A program made the translations under genes and the position numbers. A DNA stretch of 31,381 bases from an uncultured virus (IMG/VR IMGVR_UViG_2811995091_000194) (Duplodnaviria > Heunggongvirae > Uroviricota > Caudoviricetes): the IMG/VR virus record IMGVR_UViG_2811995091_000194; one strand, written 5' to 3'. Each line of letters starts with the position of its first letter. Position 1 is the first letter of the stretch. This document shows positions 8,742-17,176 of this stretch, piece by piece. The notes under the pieces were generated by a model, which ran no database searches, was not told the origin of the DNA, and worked only from the letters and a program-made list of their open reading frames with translations.

Positions 8742-9432
8742 GCATAGTGGTCATCGAAAGGAGTTCATCGATGGGCTTGACAACGACTGTGATCTTCTCA
8801 TCCTCGCGGGTGACATCGACTCATGTCTGGACATCGATCGCACGCTTGACATGTTCTGTGCCAGGTTCAGCAACGTGATCCACGTACCTGGGAATCATGT
8901 ATATTACATGTCGTCGCCTCAAAAGATACATGACATTCTCACTTCTGCCAGCGCGAGAAACGACAACCTTCACTATCTCCACACGGAGGACCCAACAGTC
9001 GTGATCGACGGGAGGACGTTCCATGGGTCAACCGGCTGGTTCAGACGAGATCCGCTCAACTTCCACTACGAGAAGAACATGGGTGACTTCCACTACATCG
9101 ACGGGTTCAAGCCTTGGGTGTATGATCAGCAGGAGGTGTTCCAGCACCACCTGGAGGAGAACCTGACGCAAGGTGACATCGTCATCACGCATCACATTCC
9201 CAGTGAGTTCTGCGTGGCGAAGGAGTGGAAGGGGTCAATCCTTAACAGGTTCTTTGTCTGTGACCACAGTGATCTCATCCTTGATCGAAAGCCAGCGCTC
9301 TGGTTTTTTGGTCACACGCACACTAGCTTTGACGGCGTTCTCGGAGAGACCAGGTTCATCTGCAATCCGAGGGGCTATCCCAATGAGTCAAGCGGACAGA
9401 TGTTTGACCCTTGCAAAGAGGTCGAAATATGA
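8707..9432 (+). CDS. Calcineurin-like metallophosphoesterase
   Basis: SDLH, AGD, PGNH, THH, GHTH, NPRGY motifs. Confidence 0.92.
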   Translation: MKVRILSDLHLEHSGHRKEFIDGLDNDCDLLILAGDIDSCLDIDRTLDMFCARFSNVIHVPGNHVYYMSSPQKIHDILTSASARNDNLHYLHTEDPTVVIDGRTFHGSTGWFRRDPLNFHYEKNMGDFHYIDGFKPWVYDQQEVFQHHLEENLTQGDIVITHHIPSEFCVAKEWKGSILNRFFVCDHSDLILDRKPALWFFGHTHTSFDGVLGETRFICNPRGYPNESSGQMFDPCKEVEI

Positions 9433-9668
9433 CAGTTATAACTAATCGAAAGGTCCGTCCCGGCGACTTGGCAACAATTTATAAGGATGAAAACCCTGAT
9501 TGGGCGTGGGCGTACGAAGACGCTGCGACTAAAGAGTTTGTTACACTAAGATCGGGCGACGTCGTTCTCGTGATTAGCAACGGCCACTGGGCGCACATCC
9601 TATATAACGGTAGAGTTCTTGAAGGTAAGAGAACGTGGTTAAGAGCGATAGCGCATGAAGACAGGTGA
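9429..9668 (+). CDS. GDLV-family microprotein
   Basis: VRPGDLATI and LRSGDVVLVI; ATGA overlap. Confidence 0.7.
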   Translation: MTVITNRKVRPGDLATIYKDENPDWAWAYEDAATKEFVTLRSGDVVLVISNGHWAHILYNGRVLEGKRTWLRAIAHEDR

Positions 9669-9867
9669 CCTGGTCAGGATCTCACTTGATGTGATGTATC
9701 TTCCTAACTATCTCGAGGGGAAGATCGGCGTCATAATTGATCAGGAGAGTTCTATCTTCACAAAAAGAATGAGCTCGACACCGACACTGTCTGTCATGAC
9801 GCATTCTGACGAGTATGGATCTGAGGTCTGGACGATAGGCGTGGAACACCTTGAGGTGATATCATGA
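9655..9867 (+). CDS. GDLV-family microprotein
   Basis: MKTGDLVRI, IGVIID, ends HLEVIS. Confidence 0.8.
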   Translation: MKTGDLVRISLDVMYLPNYLEGKIGVIIDQESSIFTKRMSSTPTLSVMTHSDEYGSEVWTIGVEHLEVIS

Positions 9868-9876
9868 TCCTGTTAC

Positions 9877-9905
9877 GTGTAATCTGCCCGGCGGCGGTGT
9901 ATAAT
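9877..9905 (+). promoter_or_regulatory. Promoter GTGTAA-N17-TATAAT
   Basis: Near-copy of the 7787-7830 intergenic module. Confidence 0.8.
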
Positions 9906-9912
9906 AAAAACA

Positions 9913-10173
9913 ATGGAAGGAAACATGCACTGCAAGATCTGCGGTACACAGAATAACGTATCATTCAGGGCTAGCCACACGTGGAAAATGTGTGATCACT
10001 GTCACGAGAACTCTGACAAGCACGTTCTCTCATACGGAGAGTTCAATGATGAGTATTGGGATGACGATGATGATGTTCCTTTCTGCACGAGGAATGAGTT
10101 CTACAGCGACTACAGGTCATCAGGCCTGTCGTATGAGGATTACGTGAGCCAAACAAGTGAGGTGATGTCATGA
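9913..10173 (+). CDS. Small zinc-finger-like protein
   Basis: CKIC..CDHC; alternative start at 9925. Confidence 0.65.
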   Translation: MEGNMHCKICGTQNNVSFRASHTWKMCDHCHENSDKHVLSYGEFNDEYWDDDDDVPFCTRNEFYSDYRSSGLSYEDYVSQTSEVMS

Positions 10174-10427
10174 GTGTAATGGGACCAGACGGAAAGATCA
10201 TTCAACCAGGCGGCGGGTGGTGGTCACCGTACGGTGATACCGATGAGGAGATCATGGAGAACATGAGAACAGGTCACATGCCAAACGCCCCCGGCGCCGT
10301 GAGGGTCGGACCAAGAAGTATCACGGGTAGTGAGAAGGGAGATCGATCTCTACTCGACGCTCTCGGTGACATGGGTGCGCTAGCTGGAACAGCTAGAGAG
10401 GCGTACGAGGATAGGAAAAAGAAATGA
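10170..10427 (+). CDS. Hypothetical protein
   Basis: SD GAGGTGAT; ATGA overlaps at both ends. Confidence 0.65.
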   Translation: MSVMGPDGKIIQPGGGWWSPYGDTDEEIMENMRTGHMPNAPGAVRVGPRSITGSEKGDRSLLDALGDMGALAGTAREAYEDRKKK

Positions 10428-10597
10428 AAGTCGGTGATGTGGTAAGACACAAGGAGCTTAATCAGATTGGGATTATCTTCCAGCGCATTCCAGAAAAGGG
10501 TAATCCTTATCAGAATATGTATCTGATTTACTGGAACAACAACATCATTAGCGCTTCTTTTGATGCAAAGCTGGAGTTTCTAAATGAACACAGGTGA
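10424..10597 (+). CDS. GDLV-family microprotein (57 aa, missing from the ORF track)
   Basis: MKVGDVVRHKELNQIGIIFQ..YLIYWNN..KLEFLNEHR. Confidence 0.75.
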   Translation: MKVGDVVRHKELNQIGIIFQRIPEKGNPYQNMYLIYWNNNIISASFDAKLEFLNEHR

Positions 10598-10796
10598 TCT
10601 CGTTAGGTGGTCCTGGTATCTTAGCACGGATTGGGCGACAACTCACTTCACTGGGATCATTGTCGACTCATCAGTGTTTAACACTAGCTTTCACACATCA
10701 GGAACGGAAACAATCCGTGTTTTTGACGTGCTAGATGACACAGGTCAGGTGGTTCGTGTCAGGGCAGATGAACAATCACTGGAGGTGATCACATGA
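10584..10796 (+). CDS. GDLV-family microprotein
   Basis: MNTGDLVRW, TGIIVD, ends SLEVIT. Confidence 0.8.
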   Translation: MNTGDLVRWSWYLSTDWATTHFTGIIVDSSVFNTSFHTSGTETIRVFDVLDDTGQVVRVRADEQSLEVIT

Positions 10797-11002
10797 AAGT
10801 CGGTGATCTGGTCAAGGTGAGGGATTGTGAGCATATCGAAATGTTTGACTGTTCGTGTGTGCTTTGCTGTCATCGTTCTAGCCGAATCGGGCTGATCGTA
10901 TCACAGGCGCCGATGAACTCATTCGCGGTTCAGTTTGACTTCGGCGAGTGGCGACTTGACAAGTTTGACTTCGCGAGAGGCGATGTTGAGGTGATAGGGT
11001 GA
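10793..11002 (+). CDS. GDLV-family microprotein with a CxCxxC insert
   Basis: MKVGDLVKV, CSCVLC, IGLIV, ends DVEVIG. Confidence 0.8.
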   Translation: MKVGDLVKVRDCEHIEMFDCSCVLCCHRSSRIGLIVSQAPMNSFAVQFDFGEWRLDKFDFARGDVEVIG

Positions 11003-11226
11003 TAAAAGAAGGTGATCTCGTTAGGTTCTACAATTACGACTATTTTAACGATCCCTCATGGGAGATAGGTATCGTGGTTGAGATAACGCATGAACTGCCA
11101 GAGGAGAACTGGGATGAGAACTCCCTACCCGCTGCGATCGTCATGAATGATAAGCATATGATGGCGATCTGTGTTCCTAACGAGATCAACTATGGAACGT
11201 GGGTCGAGGTGGTAGGATGCAAGTAG
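10999..11226 (+). CDS. GDLV-family microprotein
   Basis: IKEGDLVRF, IGIVVE, WVEVV. Confidence 0.8.
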   Translation: MIKEGDLVRFYNYDYFNDPSWEIGIVVEITHELPEENWDENSLPAAIVMNDKHMMAICVPNEINYGTWVEVVGCK

Positions 11227-11435
11227 GCGCTCTGGTTCAGTTCAGGAGGGTCCAGAGATATCACTCTGATGGTCAACACCTACGAGATGAGGAGATGACA
11301 ACAGGGATCATCGTCGAGCAATTCCCGCCACCCGATGAGGTTCTCTTCGTGATGATGGGATGGCGGTGTATAGATGGTAAGATGATCTGGAATAATGACA
11401 TGGTCGTAACTGAGGAAGACGTGCGGGTGATATGA
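11217..11435 (+). CDS. GDLV-family microprotein
   Basis: MQVGALVQF, TGIIVE, ends DVRVI. Confidence 0.75.
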   Translation: MQVGALVQFRRVQRYHSDGQHLRDEEMTTGIIVEQFPPPDEVLFVMMGWRCIDGKMIWNNDMVVTEEDVRVI

Positions 11436-11605
11436 TGAGAAAGATCTTTAATTTTTTCAGCGAGTGGAGCGATTATCTCTCTGGCATGCTATTGGGTGCG
11501 ATCCTCGGGGGTTATGTCGTGTACCAGGCGAGGGGTGATGAGATCGCCGAGATCCATGCTGACCACCGTGAGCGAATTGAGGCGATGATAAGTGAAGATA
11601 GGTGA
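11432..11605 (+). CDS. Small single-TM protein (57 aa, missing from the ORF track)
   Basis: MMRKIFNFFSEWSDYLSGMLLGAILGGYVVYQARG..; overlaps both neighbours. Confidence 0.6.
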   Translation: MMRKIFNFFSEWSDYLSGMLLGAILGGYVVYQARGDEIAEIHADHRERIEAMISEDR

Positions 11606-11786
11606 TCTGGTAAGTATCAAGTGGTCTGAACCGATGCGTGGCATGAAGTCTGTGTACACATCCACCATCGGGATCATTATCTGCGCTCATCAGCTATCGG
11701 ACACATCTGTGGATGCGTTCGTGGTATTGTGGAGTAACGGGGAACAACTACCTCACATGTCATGTTACCTGGAGGTGATAAAATGA
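11592..11786 (+). CDS. GDLV-family microprotein
   Basis: MKIGDLVSI, IGIII, VLWSNG, ends YLEVIK. Confidence 0.8.
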   Translation: MKIGDLVSIKWSEPMRGMKSVYTSTIGIIICAHQLSDTSVDAFVVLWSNGEQLPHMSCYLEVIK

Positions 11787-12001
11787 AAGTCGGTGACCTG
11801 ATCAGACGTCGCTTTGTCACACTCGCGCAAAAGAGAAGGATGATGGGGTTCGATCCTGCTTTTGACCCTGACGCGTTATACATCGTGACCAAGATCGATG
11901 ATGATCTCGGGGGTGCGCAGATCCTGAATACTGCAACAGGGAACGTGGAAACTGTCGTGAACTCGACTGACTACTACGAGGTGATCAGTGAAACCCGGTG
12001 A
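11783..12001 (+). CDS. GDLV-family microprotein
   Basis: SD GGAGGTGA, MKVGDLIRR, YEVISE. Confidence 0.8.
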   Translation: MKVGDLIRRRFVTLAQKRRMMGFDPAFDPDALYIVTKIDDDLGGAQILNTATGNVETVVNSTDYYEVISETR

Positions 12002-12197
12002 CATAGTAAAAATGCGATATCATAATGACGCCTTTGGAATCATCATAGAGAAATATAATAGCCCAACAGTTAAGATCGGAAACAGGGCGCATCAACTTAA
12101 CGCAAATCTTTACGACATTCTCTGTAGCAACGGTAAAATACTCTGCTACATGCCAAGCATGGGGCTCGAGGCGGTAAATGAAAATGCTAAAACTTAG
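11988..12197 (+). CDS. GDLV-family microprotein
   Basis: MKPGDIVKM, FGIIIE, YDILCSNG, LEAV. Confidence 0.8.
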   Translation: MKPGDIVKMRYHNDAFGIIIEKYNSPTVKIGNRAHQLNANLYDILCSNGKILCYMPSMGLEAVNENAKT

Positions 12198-12279
12198 AAA
12201 AGGCGATATGATATTTTTTGATCCGCCCCCAGGATCAGGTCGCGCTGCTATGTTTCATAAGGGTAACAAAAATGAGTGA
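12178..12279 (+). pseudogene. Truncated GDLV-family remnant (33 aa)
   Basis: MKMLKLRKGDMIFFDPPPGSGR.. stops just inside the start of the next gene. Confidence 0.45.
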
Positions 12280-13366
12280 TTACAACATCACAGATCCAGA
12301 GATCATCAAGATGCTCGATAATCTAAATGAGGAAGAACGCAAAGGCGTTGCTGATCAGATTCAGAAAACATTTGATAAGCTCAATGAAGCACGATCAGCG
12401 AGCGATAACGAGTTCACACCAGAAGAGTTTCTGAAAACGCTCGGCATTATGATTGATAGACAAACTGGGGAGGATAAAATGTCATTTGTCCCTTGGAAAG
12501 AAAGCGCAATTGAGAATCTAGAAGAAATCTTCCGAGAGCATAGCGAAATGGAAGATAAACTTGAATGGCTTGCAAAACACCTTGATATGCATGAATATGC
12601 TCCAAGGATTCTTGAAGATTATCATAAAGAGTTTAGCATCGTTACGTCCTGCGAAACGAGCAAAGAGGAATCAGCACGTATTGATGCGATCGAGAATATA
12701 AAAGAAAAATTAAAAACAGCCCAGCGTTGCTGGGGAAATGTTTCGGAACGCTTAGATTGGCTAGAAGAAAGAATGGAAGAGTGCCGGGTCACATTTGACA
12801 TTGATATGATTCTTTCGGAATATGAGGAAAAATTCTTTGCCTTAAAGCATGATAATGTCCATAAAGAAGTTGGCAAGGGAAGGGCAGTAAAAACTGTGAG
12901 ATCGGAATCTCCGCTAACTCACGTTGGCAAAGTAAAGCTAAAAGTAAAAAGCGTGGAACCGATGACTTATTCATCTGTTGGCGATGAACTCTGCAATATC
13001 GCAGAAGACGGAGTGTGCGAGAGTTTAGAGTGTAAGGAACACAACACAAACTGGTATAGCTGCGCTCACTGCGACGCCGGATATGAAGATCAGGAGTGTG
13101 TTTGCGACAAGTGGATCTGCGACGGATGTCTAAAGGCGTTCGGAAACGACGAGGCCAACACGGTCGTAACAACAAAAACTGTATCCGGCATTGTGATGTG
13201 TGAGAGTTGCATGAGACCAGACGAGGACGTTCTTGACAATAGCGAGGAGGCGCTGCTAAGCAGGATGTGCGATGAGATCGAGGCGGAGTGTTTTGGCGAG
13301 GACTTTGACTATGATCGCGAGAGGATGAAAAAAACATTGCATATGATCCTTGATACAAGTGAGTAA
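12272..13366 (+). CDS. Acidic multi-module hypothetical protein with an internal helical duplication and Cys-rich C-terminus
   Basis: AIENL..LEWL..ILEDY and AIENI..LDWL..ILSEY; several CxxC; internal SD+ATG at 12479. Confidence 0.7.
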   Translation: MSDYNITDPEIIKMLDNLNEEERKGVADQIQKTFDKLNEARSASDNEFTPEEFLKTLGIMIDRQTGEDKMSFVPWKESAIENLEEIFREHSEMEDKLEWLAKHLDMHEYAPRILEDYHKEFSIVTSCETSKEESARIDAIENIKEKLKTAQRCWGNVSERLDWLEERMEECRVTFDIDMILSEYEEKFFALKHDNVHKEVGKGRAVKTVRSESPLTHVGKVKLKVKSVEPMTYSSVGDELCNIAEDGVCESLECKEHNTNWYSCAHCDAGYEDQECVCDKWICDGCLKAFGNDEANTVVTTKTVSGIVMCESCMRPDEDVLDNSEEALLSRMCDEIEAECFGEDFDYDRERMKKTLHMILDTSE

Positions 13367-13646
13367 GCAAAAAGAGGTTCCTAAGGTGAAAGAGGGTGAC
13401 CTGGTCCGCATCATCGACGACAACGGCGACGACAGGGGCGTCGGCATGTTCATGGAAAGATTTAGACCGATCGACCGCGGACTGTCAAAGATCGACCTCC
13501 AGGAGGGTCAACTCGACGCCACATACATGTTCACAGGCAGGTCATTCATAGGTCACGCCCCCACCTTCTGGCACTATGAGGTGCTATGGGAGGGAGAGCT
13601 ACGCTGGCTAAATACGGATCATTTTACGCTGATATCGATGTTGTAG
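13359..13646 (+). CDS. GDLV-family protein
   Basis: VKEGDLVRI, VGMFME, YEVLWEG. Confidence 0.75.
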   Translation: MSKQKEVPKVKEGDLVRIIDDNGDDRGVGMFMERFRPIDRGLSKIDLQEGQLDATYMFTGRSFIGHAPTFWHYEVLWEGELRWLNTDHFTLISML

Positions 13647-13679
13647 ATAATAGCGTGATCGTTCACAAGGAGAACAAGA

Positions 13680-14186
13680 ATGATTAAGATGATAACAGTC
13701 ATTGCTGGATTACTTCTAGCAACACCCGCTACTGCGGAAACAACAAACTCACTAGGCTTTGCAGCGGGTGGGACATACGGCGCTGGCCTGTCATACTCAC
13801 ACGACACAGACACCTGGGGATACCAGGTTACCGGATTACCCATATGGGATGAGACAGACGGCGGTAAGGTGTTCGGGGGTGTTAACATCAAGAGGAACTT
13901 CCACGAGAATGGTCGGGTCGGTGTGTACGGATCCCTGGGCCTGGCCGGAGGACTCTGGCGCGACACATATGAGGATTGCGATTGGAATGAGGAATCTGGA
14001 GAGGACGACTGTGTCACCGTGACCGACGAGGGTTGGGGCGCAGTGACAGGCCCTGGTGTCGGGATGCAAGTTGTATTTCTCAAGAACATGCTATTCAGGT
14101 TCGAACTCCCCTTAGGGTTCAGGTACGGATCAGAGGGGTTTGGAATCACACCCTTGCCGAACACCGCACTCATGTACCGCTGGTGA
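13680..14186 (+). CDS. Secreted outer-membrane beta-barrel-like protein
   Basis: SD AAGGAG; signal peptide ..ATPATA; Gly/aromatic alternating strands; C-terminal LMYRW. Confidence 0.7.
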   Translation: MIKMITVIAGLLLATPATAETTNSLGFAAGGTYGAGLSYSHDTDTWGYQVTGLPIWDETDGGKVFGGVNIKRNFHENGRVGVYGSLGLAGGLWRDTYEDCDWNEESGEDDCVTVTDEGWGAVTGPGVGMQVVFLKNMLFRFELPLGFRYGSEGFGITPLPNTALMYRW

Positions 14187-14222
14187 CGTGATCCTGCGTT
14201 TCCACAATTAACGTCCTGTCGC

Positions 14223-14251
14223 GTGTAAATGGATCACGTGCGGGGTATAAT
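14223..14251 (+). promoter_or_regulatory. Promoter GTGTAA-N17-TATAAT upstream of rtcB
   Basis: Same motif and spacing as the other copies. Confidence 0.8.
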
Positions 14252-14271
14252 GATAAAAAAGGAAACGCGTT

Positions 14272-15489
14272 ATGTCAAGCTACAACGTGCTAGACGACTC
14301 CCCTGGGCTGGTGAAGATGTGGACCAGGGGAGTCCACGCTGAGGATCAGGCGAAGGAACAGCTGAGGAAGCTATCAGGTCTTCCCTTCATCCACCGTCAC
14401 ATTGCGGTCATGCCTGACATGCACATGGGGAAAGGCTCTTGCGTGGGAGCGGTCATTCCCACCGTTAACGCGATCATCCCCGCGGCTTGTGGCGTCGATA
14501 TTGGGTGTGGGGTAATGGCGGTTCGGACCTCCCTGACTGCTAACGACCTGCCTGATAACCTTCAGAAGGTGCGCTCCAGAATTGAGCGGATGATCCCGCA
14601 CGGTCGGACCCACCACGGCGGATCACGGGATGAGGGAGCGTGGGGTGACATCCCTGACGATGTCGCGCGCAAGTGGAACACACTGAAGGATGACTTCGAG
14701 GTCATCTGCGAGAAACACCCACGCATCGCGAAATCGAATAACGTGCGCCACCTGTCCAGCCTAGGGTCAGGCAATCATTTTTTAGAGGTATGTATCGACA
14801 CGGAAGATCGCGTTTGGGTCATGCTACACTCAGGTTCACGCGGTGTCGGGAACAGGATCGGAACTCACTTCATCTCCCTCGCGAAGAAGGACATGGAGCG
14901 CTGGTATATCAACCTGCCTGACAAGGATCTGGCGTACATCCCCCAGGGTTCAACGCACTTCAAGGACTACATCCAGGCGGTGAACTGGGCGCAGAGGTTC
15001 GCGAAGGTGAACCGCGAGCTGATGATGGATCGCGCTCTTGACGCGATCTCCTGGGCACTGCGAAGGGAGTTTGACCACGGTGATTCTGTTGTTAACTGTC
15101 ACCACAACTACATCGCGAAGGAGAATCACTTCGGTCGCGACGTGTGGGTAACTCGGAAGGGCGCTGTCCGAGCGCGACGCGGCGACCTGGGAATCATCCC
15201 AGGGGCGATGGGAAGGAAGTCGTTCATCGTGCGCGGCAAGGGTGAGAAGGAATCGTTCTGCTCTTGCTCTCACGGTGCTGGTCGCCTGATGTCCAGGACC
15301 AAGGCGAAGGCGCTGTTCACGATTGAGGATCACACGCTGGCGACAGAGGGGTTGGAGTGCAGAAAGGATGAGGATGTCATCGATGAAACTCCGATGTCGT
15401 ATAAGCCGATCGACGATGTGATGAAGGCGCAGTCAGACCTTGTTGAGGTCTTGCACACCCTGCGCGCTGTCGTCTGTGTCAAGGGATAA
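14272..15489 (+). CDS. rtcB: RtcB RNA ligase (3'-phosphate/5'-OH), E. coli-type
   Basis: MPDMHMGKG, GVDIGCG, LGSGNHFLE, LHSGSRGVG, CHHNY, HGAGR, DETP..YK, VKG end. Confidence 0.97.
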   Translation: MSSYNVLDDSPGLVKMWTRGVHAEDQAKEQLRKLSGLPFIHRHIAVMPDMHMGKGSCVGAVIPTVNAIIPAACGVDIGCGVMAVRTSLTANDLPDNLQKVRSRIERMIPHGRTHHGGSRDEGAWGDIPDDVARKWNTLKDDFEVICEKHPRIAKSNNVRHLSSLGSGNHFLEVCIDTEDRVWVMLHSGSRGVGNRIGTHFISLAKKDMERWYINLPDKDLAYIPQGSTHFKDYIQAVNWAQRFAKVNRELMMDRALDAISWALRREFDHGDSVVNCHHNYIAKENHFGRDVWVTRKGAVRARRGDLGIIPGAMGRKSFIVRGKGEKESFCSCSHGAGRLMSRTKAKALFTIEDHTLATEGLECRKDEDVIDETPMSYKPIDDVMKAQSDLVEVLHTLRAVVCVKG

Positions 15490-15493
15490 CGAC

Positions 15494-16234
15494 ATGCGAT
15501 GTATCGAGGGAAGCGGGTGGAGGAGGATCATCCATAGCCACCCAGTCAAGGGGCGCGACCACGACGGTCTAAAGGACCCGCGCGTGTGGTTCACGGAGCA
15601 GATCGACAGGAATGTCAACCATGACTTCACTGACTGCGACGGCGTCAGGCAGACAGGTCGCACCACGCTGATGATCCTCAAGGCGATGCGGGCGATCAAG
15701 GTCGACAGGAAGGTCCCGGTCATCATCTGTCACAATAGCGCTAGTGCTCGTCACATCGCGACGGACATGACAGACTACCTGAATCAGGTGAGTGATACCT
15801 TGATGTTCATGTATGCTAGATATGTGATCATGATACGCGACCTGGAGACGGGCTTCACCCGTGATGCGTGTTACTTTGTCACAGACATGAGGGCGATGAG
15901 GGGAAGGGAGTATGATGTGATCTTCATTGACAACGCAATTTTCGATGAGGGAAGTCACATTGACGACGTGTTGCAAGGAGCGCAGGTAACAAAGGAGAAA
16001 ATTGACATGCCAGAGATAACGGGCGATCGCAGCGTCCTCGCCTCAGACGGAGAGATTTTTCACGTGGGAGATCTCATCCAGTGGGGGAGCGGAACGGCGG
16101 TGATCCTCGACATCGTTAGTGAGGGTGATCCCAGCCCAACGCCCTGGGCGGACTATATTGTCGTGCTCTTCCAAGGCAAGATCCAGCAGGTCGTTGCAAA
16201 TCAGGTTGAGCTGTTCACGAAGGTGAGCTCATGA
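15494..16234 (+). CDS. Small P-loop ATPase-like domain fused to a C-terminal GDLV-family domain
   Basis: RQTGRTT (Walker A-like), YDVIFIDN (Walker B-like); internal SD AAGGAG and ATG 16007, then FHVGDLIQW..VELF. Confidence 0.6.
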   Translation: MRCIEGSGWRRIIHSHPVKGRDHDGLKDPRVWFTEQIDRNVNHDFTDCDGVRQTGRTTLMILKAMRAIKVDRKVPVIICHNSASARHIATDMTDYLNQVSDTLMFMYARYVIMIRDLETGFTRDACYFVTDMRAMRGREYDVIFIDNAIFDEGSHIDDVLQGAQVTKEKIDMPEITGDRSVLASDGEIFHVGDLIQWGSGTAVILDIVSEGDPSPTPWADYIVVLFQGKIQQVVANQVELFTKVSS

Positions 16235-16464
16235 TCAAGGTGGGTGATTTCATCGCTGAGAAAAATCTTCTCGTCATCCGGCGGTTAGACTGGTCAGATG
16301 TTGAGCGAAGACTCGACGAAGCTGGCTGTTTTGAGGGTTACCCGCACGTGTACAAGGAAGAGAAAGCGAGATTTTATGATCACATACACACCCACGACGG
16401 TTTGTGGGAGGTGATGGATAGCGACGGTCAGATCGGAATCATGCTAGGTGAGAGAAAGAGATGA
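16231..16464 (+). CDS. GDLV-family protein
   Basis: IKVGDFIAE, WEVMDSDG. Confidence 0.65.
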   Translation: MIKVGDFIAEKNLLVIRRLDWSDVERRLDEAGCFEGYPHVYKEEKARFYDHIHTHDGLWEVMDSDGQIGIMLGERKR

Positions 16465-16706
16465 GTAAGTCAGAGGACAGACGCATCGCCATTCAAAAAA
16501 AGACAAAAGCGCAAGAGGTCGATAACGTCATCACTCCGCTAAGCAGGGTGTGCGGAAACTGCGATCTGGTGTATATCTTCAACGACCCCAGCGATAAGAG
16601 TGTGGGTGAGTTCCTTGACAGGATAAGTGCCAGTGAGAACGGAAGTAGCATTGGGTCGAGTGATGAGCTATTCTGCTCAGCGAGGTGTCGAGCTGAAGGT
16701 GCCTGA
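16461..16706 (+). CDS. Small zinc-binding-like protein
   Basis: CGNC..FCSARC. Confidence 0.65.
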   Translation: MSKSEDRRIAIQKKTKAQEVDNVITPLSRVCGNCDLVYIFNDPSDKSVGEFLDRISASENGSSIGSSDELFCSARCRAEGA

Positions 16707-16726
16707 CGGGAGGTAAGAGAGATTGC

Positions 16727-16755
16727 GTGTAAGCTTAATCATGCTGTGATATAAT
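16727..16755 (+). promoter_or_regulatory. Promoter GTGTAA-N17-TATAAT (also TGn extended -10)
   Basis: Same motif and spacing. Confidence 0.8.
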
Positions 16756-16774
16756 GTTATCATAAGGAGCTAAA

Positions 16775-16957
16775 ATGAAAATCGGTAACCTCGTAAAACT
16801 CCACGAATCAACCCGAAAATGTGGCCAATACGCTGGAAAGCAAGCGATGATTATTGATAGAGATAAATATTCTCAATATGTTCTGTTGGTTGAAGGTGAG
16901 ATTATTAAGTTTCACTCAACACAGATCGAAGAGGAATACAGAAATGAAAGTCGGTGA
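16775..16957 (+). CDS. GDLV-family microprotein
   Basis: SD AAGGAG; MKIGNLVKL, AMIID, YVLLVEG. Confidence 0.8.
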   Translation: MKIGNLVKLHESTRKCGQYAGKQAMIIDRDKYSQYVLLVEGEIIKFHSTQIEEEYRNESR

Positions 16958-17114
16958 TTTAGTAAAAGTGCCGGACACTCCTCTGGGTCCAAGCTGTATT
17001 GGGCTCGTCATCGAACACAGCGGCGATCTGGTTGTAATAATGCACCGCTACAGGAGACGTTCTGTGTGGCGTACCCGCAGTCTCGAACGCCATGTAATAT
17101 CGGACACAAAATGA
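16944..17114 (+). CDS. GDLV-family microprotein
   Basis: MKVGDLVKV, IGLVIE, SLER; start at ATG 16944 rather than 16854. Confidence 0.75.
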   Translation: MKVGDLVKVPDTPLGPSCIGLVIEHSGDLVVIMHRYRRRSVWRTRSLERHVISDTK

Positions 17115-17176
17115 GTAAATCACAAGAACGGCGCGACGCTATTCAAAAGAAGAAGGTTTATAGAGGTAATCAATGA
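17111..17176 (+). pseudogene. 21-aa remnant paralogous to the N-terminus of the 16461 gene
   Basis: MSKSQERRDAIQKKK versus MSKSEDRRIAIQKKT; ATGA-coupled on both sides. Confidence 0.55.

Noticed and set aside
15494..16006. Terminase large subunit
   Set aside because: Only a short degenerate ATPase-like segment, with no nuclease domain and no packaging-gene context.
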